This document shows, one piece after another, positions 14,447 to 29,555 of a stretch of DNA of 64,000 nt. Under the pieces are notes generated by a model. The model was not told the origin of the DNA. It was given only the letters and a program-made list of their open reading frames with translations, and made no database searches. The stretch comes from the human T2T-CHM13v2.0 reference genome, Homo sapiens. Position numbers and translations under genes: made by a program. The stretch lies in assembly GCF_009914755.1 (NCBI RefSeq), contig NC_060933.1, one strand, 5' to 3'. Position 1 is the first letter of the stretch, and the number at the start of each line of letters is the position of its first letter.

Positions 14447-15561
14447 TGTAAGAGATCGATCAGGTTGTTGTGGGAATCAGGAGACTGGAGAGATTGGTAG
14501 GTGAAACAGAAGGATTTTTATTGAGTGCACTCAGAACCAGCAGATTAATATCCAAAGACTGGACCCTGAACAAAGACAGCACTTGCCTTTTACACACACT
14601 TCTAAAAGGGGGTGGTCTAACTTGAAACAAGCTTACAGTGGTGCAAAGTATAATGATTCAAAAGCAAGGATACAGAAGAAGAACAAAGGCAGTCAATCAT
14701 ACTACGACAAGTTCACAACTCAGGCTTACATATGACTCTTGCTATGCAGCCCAGATAGCTGTTATCTAGGCTTGTTCCAGTGCTTTGCATGGGCTTATCT
14801 CATAACATTTGCTATGGCATCTAGGGGACTGCAATCCAGGCCTGCTCAGGTGTCTCATGATCTTCACTGTGCTGCTTAGATGAATAACAGAATCAAAAGA
14901 GAAAGGAAAATTTGTTTTTCTTCTCCCTATGTTGAGGGAGCCCTGGGAGACTCTCCAGAGCACATTCTTTGAGCCCCAGCTTCTTAGATAATGCTATCGA
15001 GACTTTGTCTGGGTCTGGGCTTTGCCTGTTACTGCCTTTGGGATGAGTCAGCCTAATACAGAAAGATTGTTTCTTTCTCTTTTTAATTTTACTTTTCTTT
15101 CTTTAATTTCCAGCCTCAAGGGTGATGGGAGAAGATGTAAGAAAAGTTATAGGGAAAAATGCAAACCTTCTTGGAAGGCCAAAAACTTTGGAGAATAATT
15201 TAGCTGAAGGCAGCTAAATTCTCTTAAGGGCAAAGGTTAGATAACAAGGGAATGTAAAGAAACATATCTAGAAAAATTGGTTTACTTATGTCTCAGGAAA
15301 CCAACCTTTGATCATTCATGTGCAAGACTGCTCTCTACTTGGGGGTCAACAATGTTAATTTCCCACAAATTATGTTTGCTCCAGGCCTTTGTCTTCAAAT
15401 CTGTACTAAATTAATACAAAGTTCTCTGGCTTAGTGGGACTGTACTCTCATTGGTGATGCTAAGCAGTGCAGTCCCCTAGCTGCATTCTCAGGCAAAATA
15501 ACTGTGTCTGAATACTTTTTTCATTGGTCGCTCAGCCAGAGTGTGCGGGATGGACCCAACA
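14447..15561 (+). mobile_element. LTR22-like solo LTR (HERV-K HML-5), split by a second LTR
   Basis: Starts tgtaagagatcgatcagg, resumes at 15119 (agggtgatgggagaag...aagttatagggaaaaatgcaaaccttcttggaaggcc) and ends ggacccaaca; matches the LTR22 consensus as I recall it. Confidence 0.75.
14466..15118 (-). mobile_element. Solo ERV LTR (~650 bp, probably ERVK/LTR14-like; family tentative)
   Basis: TG...CA termini; minus-strand AATAAA about 50 bp from the 3' end with a TATA-like box upstream. Confidence 0.65.
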
Positions 15562-16501
15562 CAAGAGAACAAAGCTGGGGCCTAATACAAGTCCCCCAGA
15601 GTTAGAGCACACAGTCCAGAAGTTGGGAGCTGAGTGTTGGTGCCATAAAATCTCCCAGAAATGAAGCCAGTCAGCTGAATCTACCTTATAACACAAACAA
15701 ATCTTCGACATCATCAAATAGGATGAAAGAAAACAAAATACCGTCCAAAGGTAAGCAATCTCAAAGACTGAAGTTAGATAAGTGCACAAAGATGAGAAAG
15801 AATCAGTGCAAGAATACTGAAAACTCAAAAAGCCAGAGTAACTTCCTACCTCCACATAACTGCATCACCTCTCCAGCCAGGGTTCAGAACAGGGCTGAGG
15901 CTGCAATGGCAGAAATAGCATTCAGAATATAAACAGTAATCAAATTCATTGAGCTATAGGAGTATGTTGTAAGCCAATACAACAGAGCTAAAAATCACAA
16001 TAAAACATTGCATGACCTGGCAGACAAAATGCCAGTATAGAGAACATAACCAACCTGATAGAGCTGAAAAACACCACAAGAATTTCACAATGCAATCGTA
16101 AGTATTAACAGCAGAATAGACCACGTGGAGGAAACAATCTAAGAGCTTAAAGAATGGCTTTCTGAAATAAGATAGGCAGATAAGAATAGAAAAAAAGAAT
16201 GAAAAAGAATGAACAAAACCTCTGAGAAATATGGGATTATGTAGAGACTGAATCTACAACTGGTGTACCTAAAAAGGATAGAGAAAATGGAGTCAACTTA
16301 GCAAAAGTTGACTTTTGATATTTTTGATCTCATGGATCAAAATATCATCCATGAGAACTTCCCTAACCTAGATAGAGAGGTCAACATTCAAATTCAAGAA
16401 ATACAGAGAACTTCAGTAAGATACTCCACAAAAAGATCATCTTGAAGACAAATAATCATCAGTTTCCAAGGTCAAAACAATAGAAAAAATGTTAAAGACA
16501 G

Positions 16502-17976
16502 TGTATTAGTCTGTTTTCACACTGCTGATAAAGACATACCTGAGATTGGGTAAATTATAAAGAAAAAGAGGTTTAATGAACTCACAGTTCCACATGACTG
16601 GGGAGACCTCACAATCATAGTGGAAGGCAGAAGTCATGTCTTACATGGCAACAGGCAAGAGAGAGAATGGGGACCAAGCAAAAGCAGAAACCCCTTATAA
16701 AACCATCAGGTCGTGTGAGACTTACTGACTACCACAAGGACAGTATAGGGGAAACTGCCTCCATGATTCAATTATCTCCCACTAGGTCCTTCCATAACAC
16801 ATGGCAATTATGGGAACTACAATTCAAGATGAGATTTGGGTGGGGACACAGAGCCAAACCATATTATTTTGCCTGTGTCCCCTCTAAATGTGTCCTCAAG
16901 TTTCAAAACCAATCATACCTTCCCAACAGTTCCTCAAGTCTTAACTCATTTCAGCATTAACTCAGAAGTCCACAGTCCAAAGTCTCATCTGAGACAAGAC
17001 AAGTCCCTTCTACCTATAAGCCTGTAAAATCAAAAGAAAGTTAGTTACTTTCTTGATACTATGGGGGTACAGGCATTCGGTAACTATACCCATTCCAAAC
17101 AGGACAAATTGGCCAAAATAAAGGGGTTACAGGCCGCATGCAAGTCCAAACTCCAGCAAGGCAGTTGAATCTTAACGCTTCAAAATGATCTCCTTTGACT
17201 CCATGTCTAACATCCAGGTCATGCTGATGCAAGATGTGGGCTCCCATGGACTTGGGCAGCTCTGCCCCTGTGGCTTTGAAAGGTACGGTTTCCACCTAGC
17301 TGCTTTCACAGGCTGGTGTTGAGCATCTGAGGTTTTTTTAGGTGCATATGCAAGCTGTGAGTGGATTTACCATTCTGGGGTCTGGAAGATGGTGGTCCTC
17401 TTCTCGCACAGGCAGCGCCTCAGTGGGGACTCTGTGTGGGGCTCCAACCCCACATTTCCCTTCCCCACTTCCTTAGCAGAGGCTCTCCATGATCACCCCC
17501 CCTCCCCCACAGCAAACTTCTTCCTGGACATCCAGGCATTTCCATACATCCTCTGAAATCTAGGCTGAGGCTCCCAAGCCTTGCTTCTTGACTTCTGTGC
17601 ACATGCAGGCTCAACTCCACATGGACGCTGCCAAGGTTTGGGGCTTGCGACCTCTGACAACCTGGCCCAAGCTGTACCTTGGTCCCTTTTAGTCACAGCT
17701 GGAGTGGCTGGGATGTAGGGCACCAAGTCCCTAGACTGCACACAGAGAGGGGCCCTGGGCCTGTCCCCAGAAAACATTTTTTCCCCCTAGGCCTCTGGGT
17801 CTGTGATGGGAGGGGCTGCTGTGAAGACCTAGGACATGGCCTAGAGACATTTTTCCCATTGTCTTCATGATTAGGATTTGGCTTCTTGTTACTTATGCAC
17901 ATTTCTGCAGCTGGCTTGAATTTCTTCTCAGAAAATGTTTTGGTTTTTTTTCTATTGCATTGTCAGACTGCAAATT
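16502..17976 (-). mobile_element. THE1 (THE1B-like) 3' LTR (16502-16866) plus truncated THE1-int
   Basis: LTR end tgtattagtctgttttcacactgctgataaagacatacc; ORFs 17059-17295 and 17493-17777 are THE1-int-like. Confidence 0.9.
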
Positions 17977-18769
17977 ATATAAATATATATATAATGTAAA
18001 TAATATGAGCCAATAAATACATAACTAATTAATATTTAAATTATTAAAGATAAATATTAATTTTAACTATTTTATCAAAATTGTAAATATGGAAATGTAT
18101 GTAACATACAATTATTGATAAATAAGTTGGGGGTTTTACTTATGATTTTCTCAAAACCTGAATAAAATATCCTTTCTTTTTTGAGTCCTGGATTTTCTTC
18201 AGTTTGAACAAATATTGGAATTATTAACTCTGCACCAAAGCTAAATAACTGATTAAGGACACATGATGAACCTATTAGCATAAATGTGTAAATGTTATTT
18301 TTAAAAGCAGTGAAAAAGTTAATGAAGATATTTAATTAACCTGAAGAGTCCACTTACTAGATAATTCAATGTCATTAATTAGGTGACTCATAAAGCAGAT
18401 GCTTTCCATTTTTTGAGAGTGGCTAGAAAAAAAAAGTTTATGTTTACAACATGACTCTACTAAGAAACCTGAATATTATTTCATTACTTTTTATCAAGCT
18501 AATATGAGAAAGGAAGCAATAAGATAAAAATAAATGACAGTCACTTCTTGGACTGGAAGCAAAGAAGTTTAACAAAAGAAAAAAAAGCATACTTCCCCAC
18601 TTTCTTAAAAATTGAGACCACATTTTAAAATAATTTTGCTTGAGGTCTAATTAAAAATATTATAGTTTCCATTTTCTGGAAGATTATAGTTTTTCAAAAC
18701 TGCAACCAGTAGGCAGATAAATATAAATTACGATAAACATAATGTAGATGTATCTTTACAGAAAACTTT

Positions 18770-19082
18770 AGATCAAATGTTAGCTTTTTCTACAAAGGGT
18801 CAGATTTTAAGTATGTTAGGCTTTGACAATCATGCAGTTTCTGTTGCAACCACTCAACTCTGACATAATAGCCTGAAAACATCTATAGACCACATGTAAG
18901 TGAATGATCTTGTGTCCAAAAAAAACCTTGTTATTTATGAAAACACTGCAGTTTTTACTTTCTGCAATCGTTATATGCTACAAAATGTTATTTTAAAAAA
19001 TTGTTTCAATCATTTAAATCTCTAAAAACCATTATTACCTTGCAGGCTGTACCAAAACCATAGGCCACAGGCTGCCAATGCT
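18770..19082. mobile_element. MER58B-like hAT-Charlie DNA transposon fossil
   Basis: tttttctacaaagggtcaga...tctgttgcaaccactcaactctg...aaaaccattattaccttg resembles MER58. Confidence 0.65.
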
Positions 19083-19099
19083 CACACTGAAGAAACAAA

Positions 19100-19540
19100 A
19101 TTGTGATATCAGTACAGCCTTCACAGAGAAAATAGAGTTTGAAACTAGAATATCAACTACAACTGGAGAGTTAAATGAAAAGTCTTATTAGTTAGATGGA
19201 GTGGGTTTTGCAAGACACTGGTGAGAAGTACAGAATTTGGGGTAATTGCAGTAATTACGTGGGCTTAAATATATATGTGTGGGTAGAAGAGGGAGATGTC
19301 AAGCGATGAGAGTAGAGATGAGTTTAGGATAAATTACAAATGTCTTCAGGCCATCCAAAGTGTTTATAATTTACTCTAATGGAAGTGACAAGACATTAAT
19401 GAGATCTAAAATAGGGACTACAAGAAACAGATTACAATAGATAAACAAGACTGTAGGCAGAGAGCTTCTTAATTCCACAGTTCATTGGCAAGTCCAAGAA
19501 GAAACTTAAGGTGACCTGAACTATAGTAATGACAGTGGAT
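19100..19540 (-). mobile_element. L2 fragment
   Basis: Purine-rich, diverged L2-like text (ggtgacctgaactatagtaatgacagtgga). Confidence 0.45.
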
Positions 19541-19553
19541 TCACTTATAAGTA

Positions 19554-21883
<2,330 letters not shown>

Positions 21884-21960
21884 TATATTATTTTTATTTA
21901 CCACTGAATGGCAATATTAAATATGTTACAAGAATGGTTTGGATATTAAATCCTTATTAT

Positions 21961-22259
<299 letters not shown>

Positions 22260-22399
22260 TTAATTCCTTATTATGAAGACATGTAATTCATATAACAAAA
22301 GCAGTAAAAATGTCTAGAATCCTATGTACTTTCCAGAATGCTGTCAAGAGCTAAGCTGCCATGGAGTTGAAATAGCTAATTAAAACAATAAGCCAAAAT

Positions 22400-23580
22400 G
22401 ACAGTAACAGTCAAATCTTTACTAACTGAGATAGTTTAAGCAAGAAACTAAAGAGGAAAGATCACTAGCTCCTCCAATGTTCCATTTTGTCCCATGAAAC
22501 AGCTCCAGGCCAAGGTCATGTAGATCAGCACAAATGCAGATGTGCGAATTTTCTCAGCAAGGATCTTTTGACCAAGGAGCCATGAACAAAAAGCTCCTTT
22601 CATCTTATGGACCTGGGTCCTTGGGACAGAAAGAGGAGGAAGGGCTAAGAATGGGAAAATACTGAGTTCTGATTCAGAATAGAGAATAATGATTTCAATG
22701 TTTCCCCTTTCTCCTCTCCCTTATCCCTCTCTCCCTATCATAAGGAGTTCTCTGCAAAGGTTTTCTATTGAGGGTCCCTAATAAGGATAGCTCAGATGGG
22801 GGTGCCTGAGACTTGAATGGCAGACATGCACAGGAGGATGGTTGGCTAGCAGGGAATGAGTCCTAGACTGCAGCTCCCATTAGATATTGTAATGCACTGG
22901 CTGTTTGCCAATTCTGGTATAGGGAGAGTATCTTTCTCTAGTGAGGCCTGCCAGGTAAAGCCATTGTCATGGCCTATGGTTAGGCCTGAAAGGTTACACA
23001 TAGGGTTTCTGCCTGGAGTTGGACTCCTCAGATGCCTTTTGGATTTTCTGTCAAGTGGTAAACATTAATGGAAGATTAAAACAACTCCAATTTGACAAGA
23101 CAACTAAGGGCACTGTTCATGAAGAGTGGGCTCTTGCTGTGGAAACTTGGATAATTTAGGATACTATAGAGAAGTGTGGAATGAATAATATAAAAAGAAT
23201 GGTACAAATACCATCCACAGTTCCATGATCAGTTATAAAATTAAGTGTGTAATACATTCTTGGGTTTTCTTCTCTTCTGCATTGTCATGTATATAATTGT
23301 TTGTCTTATTTTATCTTCCATTTTTCCCATCATTTTTAGGGTAGGCTGGTTTGAATAACTTCATAATTTATTATCTTATTTCAGGATATTAAGACATAGT
23401 TGAGACTGAATCCGAAGAGGAGTGAATATCATGGATACCTATTTTGGATAGGACCACTGCATTTTAATTTGTGCAACATATATTTGAATTATATTTGACA
23501 GGATCATGTACTTGTTACTGTTACTCTTTTGAAGTTTAAGCTTTAGAAAAGGCAGGTGCATGGATATTGAATAGTCTTAA
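22400..23580 (+). mobile_element. Diverged ERVL-int-like fragment (3' internal region)
   Basis: 23070-23570 resembles the HERVL/ERVL-E internal 3' end (ggaagattaaaacaactccaat...ccatgatcagtt). Left boundary uncertain. Confidence 0.4.
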
Positions 23581-25245
23581 GCTGGACCATCGGCTATTTC
23601 AGACTGGCTTACTCAGGTATATTCCAAAACTCTGGTAGTTTGACTAAGAACTTGCTCAATTTGGAACAGCTAAAAATGATATCCCCAGGCTTACTCACAA
23701 TTCAGGTTTTACATTAAACCTACCTTCTTTAAGGAAAAGAGCCTGAGATAGAAGGTGCCTTCCTATTCTTTTTCCTGACAAGCAGTGTAACAAAACCATT
23801 TACTTTCCTGTAACGACAGTCACAAATGACCAAATGTCCAGTCCTTAGTTCTGTGGCCAACATTCTGTGTTATTCAAATATGAACCATGGCTGAGATCCT
23901 ATGATCAAGAAGCAAGCAGCTATGACAGAAGTATTTTAATGCTTAGAGAAAAAAAAAAACAAAGGTAGCAACTCACTGTTAGGTTAGGGTTAGTCTGCAG
24001 ATACCTGGATTAAGATATCTTAAGCCACTGTGTGGTCCCTGGCTGACCAGAGTGAGTTCATTTATATCTATCTCCTCTATTTGGATAACAATAAAAACAT
24101 AACAGAGGGAGATGGATTCCATAAATATGACTGTTGAAAATGTTACAGCTACAGAGGATCTAAGATGTGTGTTTGGTAGTTGGACTAATGTATTGTTTGG
24201 ATCAAATAAAATATGTGTTAGAGAATGCAACTGTTTATTCAAAGTATAGGGGCACAGTTTAGGCCCAGATCAGTCAGGAAGGTGGCAAACTGTTTCACAC
24301 ATTTCCTGCCATGTAAATCAGAAATGTTGTGTAGAACAGAACTTATATACAAGCTAAAATAAGTAAACACAAAACAAAAGATAGTGACCAAAATCTTTAG
24401 CAAGAAGAGGTGCATCACAAAAGGAAAGAGGAACAGGAATGACCTGATATGAAACTATAAGGTACCCCTGTAAGAGATATGAATGGAGGCTGCTACAGTA
24501 AGTCTAAGGCCAACAATGTAGAGAGAAACAGATGAAATTTTTCTTCGTATTGTTAAATTAAAATGCAAACATTCGAGCTTCCCAGCTTCCACATCAAAGT
24601 AGAAAAAAAAAGAAATTTGCATTAGAAATGTGTGTCTAGCTTTTATGAAGGATGACAGAAAAAATTATTGTTTCTCAAAGCAGTTTTTCTAAAAGTACAT
24701 TTGTAAAATGGACAATGTGCCTCAAGTTACAAAAAATTATTTTATTATTCTCTATGTAAATATGTTTCCCATTAGTACATTTAATGATGTTTAGACTAAC
24801 AATTTTGTTTAAATTTTAAGTTAATAAGATAAACTTTGAAACTGGGAAAAAAACAAATAGCAAAGTTAGCATAATTTTAGTGCCAGTGGTTGCACAGGAG
24901 ATCCTGATTCTCCAGCTTCTCAGTCATGGCAAAAGGAGCAACAGTCCCAGCTCTGTCGTTTTTCTGGAGGAGTTCTAGCAATCATTTAGAAGATCAGCCC
25001 AAGACCTGCTCCACCAACTCTCCAATCGTGTAAGAAACTAATTCTATATATTAAATTTTGTTTGCCTATATTACCTAAAGATTTATTCTTATAATCTATA
25101 ATGGAAAATTGAAATATTGAGTATGCTGATGAAAAAGATTACATTTTCCTAAACAAAAGTTCACTCCTAAATGATAAATTCAATTATGGGAACAAATTTA
25201 GGTAGGCATAAAAAGAGAAAAGTGAAAATACAATTGAAAAATTGA

Positions 25246-25544
25246 GGCCGGGCGCGGTGGCTCACGCCTGTAATCCCAGCACTTTGGGAGGCTGAGGCGG
25301 GTGGATCACGAGGTCAGGAGATCGAGACCATGGTGAAACCCCGTCTCTACTAAAAGTACAAAAAATTAGCTGGGCGCGATGGTGGGCGCCTGTAGTCCCA
25401 GCTACTCAGGAGGCTGAGGCAGGAGAATGGCGTGAACCCAGGAGGCGGAGCTTGCAGTGAGCCGAGATCCCACCGCTGCACTCCAGCCTGGGCGACAGAG
25501 CGAGACTCTGTCTCAAACAAACAAACAAACAAACAAACAAAAAA
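25246..25544 (+). mobile_element. AluY with 12-bp left-arm deletion (AluYd/Yc lineage), (CAAA)n tail
   Basis: gagaccatggtgaaacccc lacks the usual tcctggctaaca; CpGs largely intact; perfect TSD GAAAAATTGA at 25236-25245 and 25545-25554. Confidence 0.93.
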
Positions 25545-25707
25545 GAAAAATTGAAGCAACTCCACATGCATTCCAGCTTTACAGAGTGAAAGTGTACGTG
25601 AAATTTTATTAAGAGACAATAATTTATAATGCATAATTAACTCAAGAATTAATATTATTTGACACAATTTTGAGCATACTAAAAGGTAACTGGATTTTAT
25701 AATCTAA

Positions 25708-26115
<408 letters not shown>

Positions 26116-26211
26116 ATTAGTAAATTTTGCATAAGTAAATTATACCTCAGTAAATCTGGCTAAAATACAATGTAAATATGTGTATCAACCACCATTAATT
26201 TAAAAATTCTA

Positions 26212-26490
26212 GGGCCAGGCATGATGGCTTATACCTGTAATCCTATCACTTTGGGAGGCTGAGGTGGGAGGATCCCTTGAGCCCAGGAGTTCAAGACAAG
26301 CCTGGGTAACAGGGAGAGCCTCATCTCTATAGAAAATTAAAAAATTTAATTAGCCTATCGTGGTGGCTCACACCTGTAATCCCAGATAGTTGGGAGGCTT
26401 TTTTGAGGTTATAGTGAGTTATGATCCAGCTACTGTACTCCAGCCTGGTGACAGAATGACATCTTCCCTCTATAAAAATAAAAATAAAAT
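26212..26490 (+). mobile_element. AluJ with right-arm internal deletion
   Basis: gaggtgggaggatcccttgagcccaggagttcaagac is an AluJ diagnostic. Confidence 0.85.
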
Positions 26491-27913
26491 CTATGACATT
26501 TAACTGATTACATATTTAATCAATTAATTGGAATAAATGATATCCTGATTATGACATTTCAATAGACATATTATTATTTATTTTAATATTTGAATAGAGT
26601 AAATAAAGTCCTATTTTTCTTTCAATTTGTCATTTATTTTATGTTGCTTTGAATAGAAAACTAATGCTGCAATTGTGTACACCATTAAATCATTAGGTTC
26701 TAATTTCCTTGATCTATTACGAAAAGTGATTTTCAATTTTAATATCAAGGGCATTATTTGCAGAATATTGTTATTCTGCAAATATATTCTGCAAATACAT
26801 TCTGTAATATTTAAATATCATAATCAAGCAAACTCTTAAATGTGACACCTGAAACAATTATAGGCAAAGAAAATACTAGTAATATAGCTCACAGATAAAG
26901 CTTATTTAGTATAAAGTATGCAAGGAACTTCGGATTCAGACAATATGGCACAGATCCATGTTTTTCCCGCCTCTTTTTGTTATGCACAACTGTATATTTT
27001 GAAAATGACACATGTGACTAACATGAAAAAGCTCTAAGAGATGGAGGTAAACAGAAGAAGAGTTAGTTTGATATGCAAGGAATGGTGAAACAGCACAACA
27101 GCAAGGCATCTTGTGTATCCTGAAGTCCTGAAGAAGGCCTTCAGACTTATTTTTCCTAATCCCCCAATCTAGCAACAGAAGATACCTCAAGTAAGCTCCT
27201 TCCTCCCTTGGATCAATCAGGAGCCACTAGCTTGAGACACCCACCACCATCCAGGAGAAGCAGCTAGGAGAAATGCTAAGAGAGGTGCTCTCCTTCCCAG
27301 TACAGCTTGAGGCTTCCTTTTCTACCAGGAAGCACAAAGGTGGGAAAATAGAATCAGGAAGAGGGACCTAGTAGAGAAAGTGGCCTGGCCTAAGAAGCTG
27401 CTTTGTCCCTGCAGGCCTAAGACTCTCTTCCCAATGACCCCAGAGTAGCCAGGGGACATTGGTTGGGGGATTCTACCACACCCCTCACCACATACCTCAG
27501 ACACCTGGTAGCCTAACCTGGAGAAACTGCTTCCACTGCCATAGGCAGCACTAACAGGGAGCAGTGGAATTCCCAGCAGCACCATATTAATCAAAGAGTC
27601 TGAAATCACAATGCAAAAGCTCTAAACATTAACTTGGTATTGAAACTACAGCCAAAACAATTGGCCAGTGCAGGACAGTTCTCCATGTGGCCTTGGATTG
27701 ACCCAGTTCTCTTCCCTTTCTTCCTTGTAGGTCTTAATAATTGCTGTAGATTGTGCTGGGAATACATTATGGTGAGATAAGGAGGGGCTGACTGGACTAG
27801 CCTGGGCCTGTTGCTCTTTCCTCTGGAAGCAAGATGTCCCTCAAAGCTTTAAGTCAATGTTTCACATTGGCTCTGAGGTATATAACCCTGAACAGGCTGT
27901 CTTAAAGAGTCCT

Positions 27914-28276
<363 letters not shown>

Positions 28277-29555
28277 CTAGACAGCTTTCTTGAGTCTTCA
28301 GGAACGAGCTCATCATAGATCCTAGCATTCTTTTGTCCCTTGCTGCCTACCTGTAAGTCACAAATCTGCTTTGTGTAACTTGTTGCATATGAGTGTATTC
28401 TGTCTCCTGCACTCAGACAAGCTGGTAAGCAGCACACAGTAAACCTAATCCACAAAATGCGTCCAGCAAGCAGGGCCCCATCTAATGTAATCATAGCTTA
28501 TTTGAGAAGCAGGAGGGGTGATACTTCCTAGTACCCAGCCCAGGGGAAAGACAGCAGCCTGGGGGCATGGGGATTGAATATTTTCAGAGGAAGGAAGGGT
28601 GATAAGTCGGATTTAGGTCTGCCACTTCCCACAGATGTGAATGAGATGGCTGCATGGATCAAGGCAAACAAAAGGCAATGAGGAAATAGAGGAGCATAGG
28701 TCCCTTGGTTGGGGATATTTATTTAATTACCCTGTCATTCATGGGGGCAGAGAGTGAGGGAAGTGTGTACTCAACCAGACACTAAGGCACCTGAGAGGGA
28801 AAGAAGAAAGGGGTCCTCAGATCTTCCTTGAGGCATCTGAGAAGGAATCAATACATGTGATAAAGGCCTTCACAGAAAGGGAGACTCATTATCTAAAGGA
28901 CAGATATAGAGAAAGGCCAGGCATGTTTCTTTGATGAAAGGACATTGCAAATCCAATGTCTTGGGCTGAATGGCAGAGTCAGAAATGGGACCAAGTTCTC
29001 GGGGTCCCCAAATGGAGGCCAAAGGCCTTATATTTCTGTCAAGGTAAGAGGAGAAAAGAAAGAAATTCAGACTTTTTTTTTTGATACAGGAGTCCACATA
29101 ATACTTCCAGGTCCTCTTAGGGAGAAAAACTGGTGACACTGGAAGGTTTTAGAATGAATGCATTGACCAGTAGTGCTTATCTACCTGTGATATGGCTTTG
29201 GTCCATATTGGATGTCAGTAACCATGGTTCTCACTTGTGAGTGCATTATTGGTATTGACCCCCCGACTTCTTGTAGCACAAAAATCACCATTGCCTGAGG
29301 GGACATACTCTTTGACAACTCAGAATTCAAGCCATAACAGTGGGGCATATCCTGCCTGCCACCTAAACTACCCAAGCCCCAGTGGATTATTTAACAAAAG
29401 CAGTACTACATGGTAAGTGGAGAATAGGACATTACTTTATTAATTCAGGACTACAACAAACTATCCCTTTTAAGCAGCCTGTAAGGATCCATTGGATTCT
29501 CCTGTGGCAACCTGGGGCCCAGGACTCATAGACATGCTTACTGACAGCATGGCAT

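Larger units (their letters stand above)
13965..16501 (+). mobile_element. L1PB-like 5'UTR plus ORF1, interrupted by nested LTRs at 14447-15561
   Basis: ORF1-like sequence 15790-16500 (MRKNQCKNTENSKSQS...; gagaaatatgggattatgta). The 5'UTR resumes after the LTR. Confidence 0.8.
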
